Assembly (NCBI GenBank): GCA_016748015.1
Contig: JAAOMT010000512.1
Coordinates: 1,932,893 to 1,996,892 of the forward strand
Origin: Geosiphon pyriformis uo1
Lineage: Eukaryota > Fungi > Glomeromycota
Direction of reading: 5' to 3'
DNA: 64,000 nt
The notes below the pieces were generated by a model. It was not told the DNA's origin, did no database searches, and saw only the letters and a list, made by a program, of their open reading frames with translations. The position numbers were made by a program, and so were the translations under genes. Numbering within the stretch: the stretch's first letter is position 1; each line of letters opens with the position of its first letter. Positions 50,201-63,129 of the stretch are shown here, in pieces.

Positions 50201-51961
50201 TAAGGCAATAGGTCAGGTGTTTGTAAAAACTTCCTCCCATTCATATGGTTTTGGAATCATCAAGATCCAAGCTTTTTTCCAAGCACTAGGCACTAATTCA
50301 TAAAACAACCAGGAGTTCAAAAGCACCAAAAGCATATCTAAAACCAATTCATCACAATGTATTCAAAGCTTGTTTGACACTCCAAAAAGACCAGCAGCTT
50401 TGCCATCAGGCAGATTAAAAACCACCTCGAATAGCTTATCAAAATTAACTGAGCACATTACATTTGAAAAAGCATTATCAAAAATGTACTCTAATGACCA
50501 ATATTGACAAGACCAATTATCGGAAAAATCCTTTACCACATTGCATTTTCTGGTCCAGTCTTTCATAACAACATCAACCTTGGTCTTAATCAAGTTAGGT
50601 TCCAGAATCAATTCATTTCTAACCACCAGATGGTCCAAAACCACTTTTGGAAAAGGATGTTCCAATATGTTTTTGATTGTGTTGTCTTTGTTGACTGCAA
50701 AATTCTCTATCTGTTTATCAATAACCAATCTTATTCTTGATTTTTTAGTTTACAAAGACTTAGCAAGCTTGGAAGCACAATATGTTTTTCACACACTGAA
50801 AAGAGCCAAGCAAACACAATCAAAACCTGCACCAGAGTCCACAATTTCTTACACAATTGAAGCTTTAACATTGTCCAAAGAATCCCAACATCTCATAAGG
50901 AAAGCAAACCTATCACCATCCCCCTTACAAGAGGCCTTAGCAATCTTCGAGACCAAAAGCTCAAGCTTATGAAACCTTGAAGATTTTTTGGTGAAAACAC
51001 TGTCAAAGTCCTTAAACCATTTCCTCCTAAATATCTCATCAGCTGAAAGTGACATAACTTTGCAAATTGTATTTCATATTACATCCAAGTCCAAGAGATG
51101 CTTGGAAATAGTAAAATTTTCAGAGAACACAGCAGCATTGGCTGTTGTAGCATCTTTAAACTTGTCCTACTTTGCATTATTAGCACTATTAAAATCAAAC
51201 TTTCAGCAATTTTTATTTGTCTGCTTGTGAAAAAAGTTTAACTAAGTGTTTAGCAAACCACCCAGACCCACCAAAACAGAAACAGCATAATAATCAGTGT
51301 TAAAATGATTACCAATGTCCATGACATTACGACCCACAATCATATTGACTAAGTTTGATAAAACTAAAATATAATCAATTGTCTTCTTTGCACCTCTTGA
51401 ATTACTTCATGTAGGACAATCTACAGATGAACTACCCATCAAAGAATTGACCAGCCCCAAACTGATACACTTTTTAAAACTAGTACATTTTCGTAAACTA
51501 TCTTCATTGAAGTCACCACCAAGGATAATAAAAGAAGATTCATTAATAGCCTTTGCAATAAAAGAGTTGATTTCACCAGCCTGTGAAAACCAAACCCCAG
51601 ATAAAGCATCAGCATAAAGTCTTAAGACCAACACAGAAAGTTTATTTTTGAAAAGAAGTCTAATGGATAGGATTCAACCAGGCACTTTAAAAACTTTGCA
51701 CACATGTTTTGCCAAAGAAGAATCTATGATGATAGCAACACTGGAACCCAAGTGTTCAGAATTCAAACCAAAAGTAAAAACACAGACACCATTAAACTTA
51801 TCAGCAATCCATGGACAAACTCTATTACTCAACTTAGTTTTAGTAATAATCAAAATCAAATTGCCCATATTCTTATGCCAATGAACAATGTCTTTCTGTT
51901 TTACAGAATTGTTCATACTTTGGGCATTGCATGTAGCAATTTTCCAAACAAAACCTATTAT
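47294..51961 (-). pseudogene. LINE F ORF2 (APE, RT, RNase H, CCHC)
   Basis: WKIATCN, ILGGDFNE, GTFVDNTI, VYMDGSL, FTDSQAVL, WHKVKGHSGVMDNECAN, YCSEVEVSDHAFFC. Confidence 0.93.
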
Positions 51962-53815
51962 TGAGATGAAAAGAGAGTCAATAAATCCAAACCAGAACAC
52001 AGACAATTCAATCTTTTCAAAACTGAATTAATAGAAGCCTCCAAAGCCACTATTTTGGATTCCAATTCACCCATTTTGGTGGTTAGAACTTTAGAACTAC
52101 TAGAGCTAAAATTGGCTACCAAGTCTGAGCCAACAGAGAAAAAGGAAGTGGATAACACTAACACATTGTTTAAAACCATATCAGAATTCAGAACAAAAGC
52201 TAAAGAAACAGAGACAACTGGAGGAGAAGCAAAAGGAGATACAGTCAAAGACACTAACTCCACAAAGCTCAATTTTTTCAACAAAACAGAAATCTGATCT
52301 GACAAAAGCTCCAAAAAGTGTTCTAATACTGCTAAACAATTACTCAAGCCAGAGTTATTATCTGAAGTAGAAGGAAGAGTACTACCCAAATGTAAGATGC
52401 CAAGAGAAGGGAAACTAGAACCAGACTTGAAGTGAGTGCTACCAGAAGAATAAGCCAGTGAGACTACTTGAACCCAAGATTTGCTACCAAAGGCAGCAGA
52501 ATGAGAGATTAAAACATCTTTTTTCTTGTACAACTTAGCAAGCTAAAAGTGAGCTTTCTCTGAAGCAATTCTTTTATATGATTTCTTAGATAACAATAGC
52601 ACAAGTACTTTTGAAGCATCACATTTGAAAGCTGAATGTCCAAAATGCCTATACTTCACACAATAAACCAAATCCATTCTAGCCCTAAACAGTTTTATTC
52701 CATTATAGATAGGTTCTGTGTGAAAAACAGATTCCAAATCATCATCAAATTCAAAACCAACCACAATACAGCAAATCTTATTACCAGTTTCCAGAGATTT
52801 GTTTATAATGCAGGTTTTTCTACTAGTCTCTTCCAGAAGAGTCCCAAGATCATGTGCTGTTGTTCCCACTGGTAAAGTAAACAAAAATGCTCTAAACCAA
52901 TCCCTTGAAGTTCAAGTCTTACAATTTTCCACTGTTTTGGCTACATGTACAGAATCTTTACCAATTAAAAATGACCACTTAAAGGCCAACAAATTAGCTT
53001 GGTCTGATTCAGCAAACTCCACTACAGCTTTTTGTTACATTTCAATCAGTTAAATTTTGATCAACTTAATTTCACCAAACTCAGCTAGTGCAGCGACGAT
53101 CATCTTCTTTGACATATTTATAGAAATTTTTTTAATTACTACAGTCTGATCTGAATGAATCCCTTGTTTCTTAAGATTGCTGTTTATGATAATCTCTTTT
53201 TCTCTGACCAATGAAGTGGTCATTTCCATGCTTTTTTCTGAAGTAAATGTTGATCAGATAATCTCTTCAAATTTTGAGAAAGTAATGGCCTCTCCAAAAC
53301 CATTGACTAATGAGAAAATTTTTCTGATAAAATGAGTCTTTACCATTATCAATTTCTCTTCCACAGCACTAAGATTAATATCAAGAGCAAAAGACTTTCT
53401 GACAGACACTTCAACTTGAGATTTGACAATTTTTGGGTCAACCCATTTTTTTTCCAGAGAGATTTTAAGAGAAGGAGAGAAAAGCCCATCATCTTTATCC
53501 ATGTAATAATTGATTGAGCCAAGAGGAAAGCCACAGACCAGGTTGGTATCTACTTTTTTAGCTTTAGGGATGTTTGTTGCTAAACCAAAAAAAGAACTAT
53601 TGCCAACACCAAAAAAAATATTATTGTTCCTACTATCACCAGATATACTGTCCATATCTGAATACACACCATGACTGGGACCAGGTTTGACCAAAGAGAT
53701 ATCTTTTTCATCTTCAAAATGCTTAATATTACCAACAGAAACTCTTTTCTTCTGAAAAAAAAACTCCTAATAGAACTATAAAAAATCTCTATGGGCACCT
53801 TCTTTTTAGACATAG
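51958..53815 (-). pseudogene. LINE F ORF1
   Basis: RKSFALDINLSAVE, FTLPVGTTAHDLGTLL, CVKYRHFGHSAFKC; homologous to LINE E ORF1. Confidence 0.88.
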
Positions 53816-54805
53816 CACTACCTGAAACAGCAGCCAGATTCACCACAAAAGAATTATTTGATTGAGAAATGTTAGCAAGAAATAGCAAGAAAAAATAAAA
53901 ACTTCTTTTTTGAAAAAATGCTTTTTGGGGTTTTTTGGAAGTAAGAGAGAAAGAAGTTTATATAGATGTTTTTGATCAATTAATATATAATTTAATTAAC
54001 TGTAGTATAATAACACTTTTTCAAAAACTTGTTAAAATAATATTATTAATTAATAAATATAATTCTTATTTTAATTTTTAAGACCAAATAATTAATTTAA
54101 AGCTTGAAATAAAAAACTTTTATTATATTAAAAAAATCTTATTTACTCTTTGAAAATAAGATCTTATCTTTAAAAAAACAGTTTTAACACAATATATTGA
54201 TAAAAAAACTCTTTTTTTGCTGATATTTTCAAAATTTAATAAAAAAAATATCAATAAATCTGTGTCTTAATAATAATTAAAAAATTATACTAAAATATAT
54301 CAATACTTTTTAATATTAATAAATATTTTTACATTTTTTGTTGTTTATCTAAACAATATAAAAAAGCAGCTATTTTTATTGCAAAAAATAATGAGTTTTT
54401 TTTATTTATAACAAAGAAAAAAGATGATTATTACTTAAATTTACTTTATATATTAGAATATTATAATAAAATAAAAATATTTAAATATGATGCCTATTAT
54501 TTTTTAATTACAAACAATTATATTCATCTCTGTTGTTTATTTGTAATGCATATTTTTCAATACTTTTATTGATTGTATTATACAAAAAAAACCAATATCT
54601 AAGATAATGAAGATAATTAGCTAAACAAAAATGATCTATTAATTCAATTAATAATTTTTCTGTTAATTCTAAACAAGTGTTAATTTTATAAAGTCATAAA
54701 GTAATTTCAGAAAAGAAATAAGAAGACAAGTAAATTTTTTATGATCTGAAGCCTTAGAAAGTTTTATAATTAGAGAATAAAGAAAAAGACTATAGTTTAA
54801 TATTG

Positions 54806-54952
54806 CATTTCTATATTCTAATTGATTAATAAATCATGTGACATTTTTATATTCTAATTGGCTAATAAAAATCCAAAATCACATGCCATATAAAATCATG
54901 TGAAACATGAGATTTTGAATTCCCTTCTCCCTCCCTTTCATAATGACGTGAT
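54806..54952 (+). promoter_or_regulatory. Putative promoter of the PPR gene
   Basis: 28-bp direct repeat (54806-54833 and 54842-54869) containing CTAATTG(A/G); three AATCA(T/C)(G/A)TG E-box-like motifs; TGACGTGA at ~54943; 170-320 bp upstream of the ATG. Confidence 0.45.
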
Positions 54953-55124
54953 ATATGTTCGTCCCCTTATTTTCTTTCTCAAAATCCTATTTTAAAATTA
55001 TAACAGTGACTCATCTTTGAAAATGAATCATACGATCGACTTCCCGAATCAAAAATTTTTTTGGAATACCAAAAAAGATGATTTAACAAAAAAACATCTA
55101 AACATCAGCTCTTAGCTATCCAAT

Positions 55125-58100
55125 ATGCAACATATCAAACAAAACGCGGTTTTAGCTACCTTTTCACGTCATAAATCGCGACAATTCTTAACCAGTGGAG
55201 TAGGTGTTAAAACTACCACCATAGCTCTACAGGCCAACGGTTTCTCAAACGTGAACCGTTTAACGATTTCCGGAAAACCTCAAACAACGCGTTATGGCCG
55301 AACACGATTTGGTGCCACTCCAAATTGTTCACAACAACAACCAAGAAATATTGGGATAAGACAATGGAAAAAATTAAACATGATAGGAAATTTTGCCAAC
55401 AAACGTTTTAACAGTACCGCTTCAGTTACACAGGGGAATGATGTTTTACCCATAATTGACGCTTCTTCACTCGAGTTACCCCCACGTAAGCATTTAGCAA
55501 CAGAAGTAACCCCTTCAGATTATATGTTGAAATTACGAAATACGATTCAAAAAGGTGATCTGGCCAACGTCTACACTGTTTATTATCAGATGAGATCAGA
55601 AAAAATTCCAATCTCTTTAAACACCTACAATTCAGTGTTTAATGCCCAAAGAAAATTGCGTATAGAAGGCACACCATTGGACACAACTTGGGATATTTAT
55701 AAAAAAATGATCGAAGATAAAGTAGAACCTGATCATGACACATATTATATCTTATTAGAGATAGTTTGTGATCGAGAAAGAGAGGTCACAAAAACAATGA
55801 CATTCCTTAACGCACGTTTGCAACTTGAAGGAGGTGATGAGAAGCCAACAAAGGATCAGATAACACGAATATTTGATGAAAAGGTTTTGGAACGTGGAAT
55901 GGGATTATTCAAAGAGGCTATATCAAAACCTAATGTAACGCTTGGGTTAGATATATGTAATCGACTTTTACGAGCACTTGGCCAATATGGAAAAAAGGAA
56001 GAATGTCTGGTGATTTTTCGGTATCTATTGAACCAAAATATACCATTGAATCACCACACTTATAGCAACTTGATTACTGTATATGGCAGATCAGGTGATT
56101 TACCAAGTGCTTTAGCATGTATCAAACAATATCAGGATGCTTTTGGGTCATTACCAAAACATGATCCAAAATATGTATACGACTATCTTGTTTCCGCATG
56201 TATCCGATGCGGTGATTATCAAGCTGCGGTTGACGTAATCGAGAAAACATTACCAGATATAGGGGTTCAACCTGATATCAGGAGCTATACACTCTTGATG
56301 AAGAATTTGGCAGAACATGGCCAACTTGCTTTAGCTGAGAAATATTTCAACAAATTGAAAACTGACCCAAATCTTCCAAAACCAAATGCTGTAGTTTTTG
56401 ACGTGTTCCTGTCCCATTATTCGATGGCCGATGAATATGAGAAGGCTAAAGAGATTTTTGAGCATATGTGTGATTTAAACATAATCCCTCGATATACTGA
56501 GCTCGCAGCCTATCTTGGCGCCACAATTAAGCACCAGCCCAAAAAAGTAGAAGAAGTCTTACAATTCATGCTCAGCACTGGACAACTACCGGATATCGTC
56601 TTAATGGAAAATTTAGTCAATCATTATAAAGCTCATGAACAATTTGATGAGGCAGTAAAAAAATGTTGGGATATCAGCAGCCAGCTTGCAGAACAAAATA
56701 AACTTCGTCTTAGTATATTGGGAAAGTGGACGACGATTGCGGCTTCTTTATTGGAAGATTCTAGGCTAAATTTTCACAATTTGCAGACTATGTTAGATTT
56801 TTGGTCTCTGCATATAGACTTTAGTCCTGCCTTGAATGGAAAATTATTGAATGCATATGATCGAATAAAAGGACGATTAGGCATTCAAAATATTGAATTA
56901 TCCGATTGGTCAATCAATATGCTTCTCAGAGTGGCCCACAGTAAGTTTATCAATGAACGTACTCCAAACGAGGAAACTTATGAACCTGCTTTAAAAGAAT
57001 TTGAAAACCGATTATTTGAGCTATTGGATGAAGCCAACATTCATCAACGAGAACCCTCCGTAGAGGTTTTGAATTCGATTACTAGGAGATTGACAAAGTA
57101 CAATTCAGAAAGATTAGAGGAATGGACTAAAGCAATAGAGCGCTATATAAGGGAACCGAATGAAACGGAAATACAAATGTCAAGAGAATTGCATGATATG
57201 TGCTTCAAGCACGAAAACATAAAACCTGATGCTGTGATAGAGTATACTAAAGATCTTGTTGCAAAAAACATTTTAATCGTTCCTGAAACGATGGGTCTTT
57301 GCATCCAAAATATGGGCAAAGCCAAACATATCGAGGACGCCGAAACACTATATGAAATTGCTTTAGAGATGAGTAAATTCTGGCCTGAACCTGTTAAGCG
57401 GCACAGTAAAAGTATTGCCAGAAATAGCATGTTAATTGCTTATTCCGCTAACAATAAAATTGACAAGGCCCTTGAGATTTACTATAAAATTCTTAACCAA
57501 GGAGATGCTCCCAACGCCAATGCTTACGCCAGTCTCTTAGTTACAGAAACAAATGCAAAGTTTGATGGAGCTCAAGTTGCTATTGACATGTATGATGAAA
57601 TGAAACGGCTTAATGTCAAACCTAACTTATATTTCTACAACGTTCTGATTAGTAAACTGGGAAAGGCGCGTAAATTTGAGATTGTTTGGGATATTTTGAA
57701 TGAAATGAAAGAAAACAAAATTCGACCAAGTGCTATTACTTATGGTGCTTTGGTTTCAGCCTGTCTACGCGTTCGATCCGACGAGAGAGCCGAAGAACTC
57801 ATTCGTGAGATGGAAGCTTCTCTTCATTTTCAGCCACGTGTCGGAGTCTACAACTCCATGATGCAATTTTATACTTGGGACATACCGGATCGACAGAAAA
57901 CCTTGTACTACTATGAGAGGATCCGGGCACTTGATATTAAACCGACTGAACATACCTGGAAATTGTTGATTGATAGTTATGCATTAATTGAACCGTACGA
58001 TATGGAATCGGCACATCAAGTGTTTGATGACATGAAGAAAAACAATGTGAAACCAACGCCCACCCATTACGCTTCCCTAATTTACTCCTACGGCTGTAAA

Positions 58101-58535
58101 CAAGGTGATCTTCAACGCGCCCTGGATATTTTTTATTCTGTTTTGGATTATCCACTTTTGCCCAACGAGAGTATCTATCAGGCACTATTGGAGAGCTTGA
58201 TAGATGCGCAACAAATAGACGAAGCTGAAAAGCATTATACTCAAATGATCAACACATACAATATAAACTCCACAGCCTACATCGAAAATTTATTTATTCG
58301 TGGCTATGGACAATTAGGTAAATGGAAGGATGCCGAACAAGTTTTCAATAATATGTTGGATAATGATAACAAGGAGAAAGGACGGGTATCACGCGAGCCC
58401 AGCACCTATGAAGAACTGTTCAAGGCGTATATGAAAAGTGGCAAAGTAGAGAAAGCGAAAGAAGTAACGGAAATGATGGAAGCCAAAGGTTTCTCAAAGT
58501 TTCCGAGAAATAATGTGGCAGATTTGCTTCATTAG
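55125..58535 (+). CDS. ppr5: Mitochondrial pentatricopeptide-repeat protein (fungal Ppr5 / 'Cya5-like' translation-regulator family)
   Basis: 1136-aa uninterrupted ORF. Basic, S/T/R-rich, acid-free N-terminus suggests a mitochondrial presequence. Many 35-aa PPR motifs (TYSNLITVYGRSGDL, FYNVLISKLGKARKF, TYGALVSACLR). C-terminal HTWKLLIDSYALIEPYDM, HYASLIYSYGC and REPSTYE motifs are recalled from this family; the symbol is less certain than the PPR call. Confidence 0.93.
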   Translation: MQHIKQNAVLATFSRHKSRQFLTSGVGVKTTTIALQANGFSNVNRLTISGKPQTTRYGRTRFGATPNCSQQQPRNIGIRQWKKLNMIGNFANKRFNSTASVTQGNDVLPIIDASSLELPPRKHLATEVTPSDYMLKLRNTIQKGDLANVYTVYYQMRSEKIPISLNTYNSVFNAQRKLRIEGTPLDTTWDIYKKMIEDKVEPDHDTYYILLEIVCDREREVTKTMTFLNARLQLEGGDEKPTKDQITRIFDEKVLERGMGLFKEAISKPNVTLGLDICNRLLRALGQYGKKEECLVIFRYLLNQNIPLNHHTYSNLITVYGRSGDLPSALACIKQYQDAFGSLPKHDPKYVYDYLVSACIRCGDYQAAVDVIEKTLPDIGVQPDIRSYTLLMKNLAEHGQLALAEKYFNKLKTDPNLPKPNAVVFDVFLSHYSMADEYEKAKEIFEHMCDLNIIPRYTELAAYLGATIKHQPKKVEEVLQFMLSTGQLPDIVLMENLVNHYKAHEQFDEAVKKCWDISSQLAEQNKLRLSILGKWTTIAASLLEDSRLNFHNLQTMLDFWSLHIDFSPALNGKLLNAYDRIKGRLGIQNIELSDWSINMLLRVAHSKFINERTPNEETYEPALKEFENRLFELLDEANIHQREPSVEVLNSITRRLTKYNSERLEEWTKAIERYIREPNETEIQMSRELHDMCFKHENIKPDAVIEYTKDLVAKNILIVPETMGLCIQNMGKAKHIEDAETLYEIALEMSKFWPEPVKRHSKSIARNSMLIAYSANNKIDKALEIYYKILNQGDAPNANAYASLLVTETNAKFDGAQVAIDMYDEMKRLNVKPNLYFYNVLISKLGKARKFEIVWDILNEMKENKIRPSAITYGALVSACLRVRSDERAEELIREMEASLHFQPRVGVYNSMMQFYTWDIPDRQKTLYYYERIRALDIKPTEHTWKLLIDSYALIEPYDMESAHQVFDDMKKNNVKPTPTHYASLIYSYGCKQGDLQRALDIFYSVLDYPLLPNESIYQALLESLIDAQQIDEAEKHYTQMINTYNINSTAYIENLFIRGYGQLGKWKDAEQVFNNMLDNDNKEKGRVSREPSTYEELFKAYMKSGKVEKAKEVTEMMEAKGFSKFPRNNVADLLH

Positions 58536-59786
58536 TTAAAAACTGGCTTTTCCATTGATTGGCAAAACAAAAAAACTAGGCTAATTTATTTGGGAATTAT
58601 TTTTTTGTATTTTCTATCTATTTTAACTTTTATAGAAAGTCCTTGTAATTTTTACCATAAATTTGAACCATTTCTCGAGTCTTTCAAGATTAAAACAAGT
58701 TTGTGAATCTGCTTGATTTTTTTATTAAACTTGTAGCTTTCATAATCAAAAATTATTATTATAAAATATTTGATTTTTTTCAATAAAATAAAATCTTTTT
58801 TTTGTATTTACATTTTATAAAAACAAATATAAAGTTTATATTATAAATTATAAAAATTGGTTTTTATTGTTTTTTTAACAAATGTGGTTTAATTATTATT
58901 TAAAATTACACAACATACAAATTATAAATTAAACATAATTTATGTGTTTGCTATATATAACCAATTATTTAAGCTAATTAAAGCTATATTAGTATTTTTA
59001 AAACCAAACCCAAAAAGTCTATACTATTAGATAAATTATGATCAATAAAATACCAAAAATTATGCAATTAACAATATTTATACCAAAATAAATTAATAAA
59101 CTTTTGTTAAAATTATTTTTGTAAATAATTATCATATTAAAAATATGTGGTTTTTTAATAATATTTAGAATTATAAAATTATTATCAATAATTAGCTTTA
59201 GTTTTTTGTATATAAATTTTAATTTTGTATTAAAAAGCCAAATATGCTTACAATAATTAAATGTTAAATCATATATTAAAATAACAATATATATAGTTAT
59301 TAATTTTTTAAAATAAAAAATTCTTAAAAATTTAAAGTATTAAAACTTAAATATTAATTTTTTGTTAATATTATAAAAATATTATTATTATATTGGCCTA
59401 AATTTATAGCTATAATATTTAAACAAAATAATTAAACAGAATATTAACTCTATTTATTCAAAAAATTTAACAATATTAAAATAATAACTTTTAATTATAA
59501 TTATTAATAAAATACTAATTTTTTATTTATTGATTTTTTTTTGTTTTGTTAAATCGGTTGATTAAAAAAAAACATTAAAATTATAATATTAAAGTTTACT
59601 TAAATAAAAATATAAGAATAAATATAAAAGTATTTATTAATAATTTGATTATTTATTAAAAAAGTAAACAGCAGAATAAATTAATTATATTAAAAAAATT
59701 AAAAATTAAATATTGTTAATTGTTATTATTTGAATTTTTGTTTATTATATAAAAAACTTAATCAATAAAATCTTTAAATCTACCAA

Positions 59787-59848
59787 AATTTTTAAATTTA
59801 AATTACCAAATTATATTAATTTTTAAATTTAAATTACTAAATTATATT
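59787..59848. repeat. 31-bp tandem duplication in AT-rich intergenic DNA
   Basis: AATTTTTAAATTTAAATTAC(C/T)AAATTATATT twice. Confidence 0.7.
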
Positions 59849-61245
59849 ATTAATTTATAAATTATATATTTACTTATAATAATATTTAAATTTAAGCATT
59901 TTTTATAATTAATATTATTTTTATTACTATTTTTATTAATTATTATAGCAGTTATATTATTGATTATAGTAGTTTAAAAAATTATTTTTTAATAATTATA
60001 ATTATATAAACTTTAATTATTAAGACAAATTACTTGTTTTTAATACAACTTAACCATTAAAAATCTGTTAACAATTTTAAAAATTTTAAACAAATCTTAT
60101 AATTTTAAAGTTTATAAAACCAGAATTTTTATTAAAATAAAATATTTTAATATTATTATTACTTATAAAATATAACAAAAAAAAAATAACAAATAAAAAT
60201 ATAATATAAATAATTAATAATATAGTATAGATTATTAAAACATATAATATTAAAAATTGTAATAATTTTGTATTATAAAGATTTATATATATATAATAAA
60301 AATATTAAAAACAAAAAAAAAACAAGTTAAATTAGAATTAAATTTAATTTATCTTACTAAATAACTTTTATAATTAGTAATTTAATATTTAAAATTTACA
60401 CTTATTCAAAAATAAATTTATTGGTCATATTATTCAAGTTCAATTTTATAAGTTTATATTTATCTTGTTAAAATTCAATTATTTTCTATTAATATTATTA
60501 TTAGCAGAAATTTAAATTATCAATTAGCATAAAATTATTTTTATAATTTTTATTATTAATTAACATATATTATTATTTTAAATTATAATTTATTATCTTA
60601 TTAAATTACCCAAATTATTATTTAATTAATAACTTAATTTGTATAAAGACACAAATATAATTAAATTATAATAATTAAATCATGTAATATTTTAAACTAT
60701 ATAATCAAAATTTACCAAAATATTTAAAAATTTGATAAAATACTTAATAATTTACTAAAATAATTAATAGTTTATAGAAATAATTTGTAATTTAATAAAA
60801 TATATCTTTAATTTGCTAAAATATTAAGAAAAAAAAAGTGTTAAATCATAGAATAATATTATAACAAGCTATATAAAAAAAAGCTTTACTCTTCAAAAAA
60901 AAATATTTTATTTAAATTAATTTTAACTTAATATTATTTTTTTACAAATCAATTTAATAAAAATTATTTTAAAAATGCAAAATTTTTAATTATTATTGCT
61001 TTAAAATTATCTATTCTAAACTAATATTTTGAAATTAATTAACTATTAAATTTAATAACTGTTAATATTTTTATATTTAAATTCGAAATAACTTTATTAA
61101 ATTTATTTCTTAACAAAATATTACAAAAAAACTTCTTTCTCTTTTACCTCCAAAAATCCTCAAAGAGCACATTTTCTGTAAAAAGAAGTTTTTTGTTTTT
61201 TTAGTCTATATCAATATTTCTTTACCTAATAATAACCCATTTTTT

Positions 61246-63129
61246 GTGGATATGGAGGCTACTGCTAGTAGCACCACAACTAAGAAAAAGGCTCTTAAGA
61301 ACACTTTTTATGGTCCTGTTGGTGGTTCCTTTTCTCAAAAGAAGAAAGTTGTTCTTGGCAATGTCAAATACTCTGGTGATGAAAAAAATATATCCTTGAA
61401 CAGATCTGGATCTGGTAATAGTATTTATTCTGATGTGAAAAGTCTTTCTGGTGAGAATAAGATTGTTAGCATGTCTGGTATAGATGGTGGATCTCTTTTG
61501 GGCTCAGCTGCTACTACACCTAAGGTGAAATGAATTAACACTAGTGCTGTTTTTGGTTCTCTATTCAGCTCTCCCAACTTTCATATAAATAATGATGAAG
61601 TTGTGCTCTCTCCTTACTTGTCTATCTTTTTTGAAAAGAAGTGGATTGATCCAAAAGTCATCAAAACTTCTGTGGAGGTGTCAGTCAAAAAGTCATTTGC
61701 TTTGGATATTAATCTTTCAGCTATAGAAGAGAAATCAGCAACAGCAAAAACTCAGTTAATTAAAAAAATTTTTTTATTAGTCAATGGTTTTGGAGGGGCC
61801 ATTACTTCCTTAAAATTTAAGGGGATCATTAGATTAACATTTACTTCTGAAAAGAACATGATTAAGACTGCATCATTGGCCAGAGAAAAAGAAATCAACA
61901 TAAACAGCAATCTCAAAAAACAAAAAATCTGTTCAGATTGGACTTTGGTCATCAAAAAAATTCCCATAGACACACCAAAGGAAATGATTATCACTGCTCT
62001 AGTTGAGTTTGGCAAAATTAAGTTAATTAAAATTCAACTTATTGGCATGTGGCAAAAAACTGTGGTAGAATTTGCTAATTCAGATTAGGCTGAGCAACTG
62101 GCATCTAAATAGTTCTTCTTTATTGGGAAAGATTCTGTGCATGTGGCTATGGCTGTGGGAAATTGTGATATCTGGGCATCAAGAAATAGATTCAGAGCTT
62201 TGTTGTTTACTTTGCCAGTAAAAATGACTGCTCATGATTTGAGCACTCTTTTAGATGGGGCTAGTGAGAAAACTTGTGTCATCAATCAGTTAATAAAGTC
62301 TGGTAACTGAGTTTGCTGTGCTGTAATTGGTTTCAAATCTGAGAAGGACTTAGAATCTGTATTTCACACTGTGCTGATATTTGGTAGCATTAAGCTTTTA
62401 TGGACTAGAATGGATTTGGTTCATTGTGAAAAGTGTGAGCACTTCAGTCATTCTGCTTTGGAGTGTAACACACTGACTGTATCTCTTTCCAAGTCTTCAA
62501 AACCTGTTGTAAAAATCCCTTTAGAAGAATGTCATCTTCAGTTGGCTAAGTTGTATGTGAAAAAAAGTGTTCCTATCTCCCATTCTGCTGCCTTTGGTGG
62601 CAAGTTTTGGGTGCAAGTGGTTTTGCTTGCTTCTTCTTCTGGTGGTTCTTGTTTCACTTCCAGTTTTGGATCTGGCTCTCTTCCTCCTGGTATGTCAACT
62701 GATAAAAGTAAACCAATAGTTGCTTAGAATGACTCCTTAATTGCCAATTGTTTGGCTTCACTAGAACGTTCTTTGGAATTGTTGACTGATCAAGTTTCAA
62801 GTATTTTGCACAGATTAAATGATATTGAGCTGGTGCCTTTAGTGCCTGTGTCCCAAGTTATGCTCCCAGTTGTGCCTGCTTTTGCATTGTTAACCTCAGA
62901 CACCAACATAGTTTTGGATGTCCCACAGCCACCTCTTTCTCCTTCTTTTCCAGTTGCAGAAGAAAAGGTAGTGAATTTGGGTCTGAGCAGTTCAAAGGTT
63001 CTTACTTTCAAAGTCGGCAGTCTGGAATCTAAGATAGTGGCTCTTGAAGTTTCTATTGACTCAATTTTGAGGAAGTTGGATCTGTTGTGCATAAATTCAG
63101 GTTCTTTGGTATATTTTTTACATCAATAA
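61246..63129 (+). pseudogene. LINE G ORF1
   Basis: KKSFALDINLSAIE, IQLIGMWQKTVVEF, CEKCEHFSHSALEC; in-frame stops. Confidence 0.88.

Larger units (their letters stand above)
47162..53961 (-). mobile_element. LINE F, full-length
   Basis: Poly(T) 47162-47171, 3' UTR, ORF2 and ORF1 remnants, 5' motif at 53897-53959; candidate TSD ATA(A/G)ATGTTTTT at 47155-47166 and 53962-53973. Confidence 0.95.

Noticed and set aside
58700-61120. Hidden gene or organellar insertion in the very AT-rich tract
   Set aside because: No ORF, tRNA or rRNA motif was recognisable.
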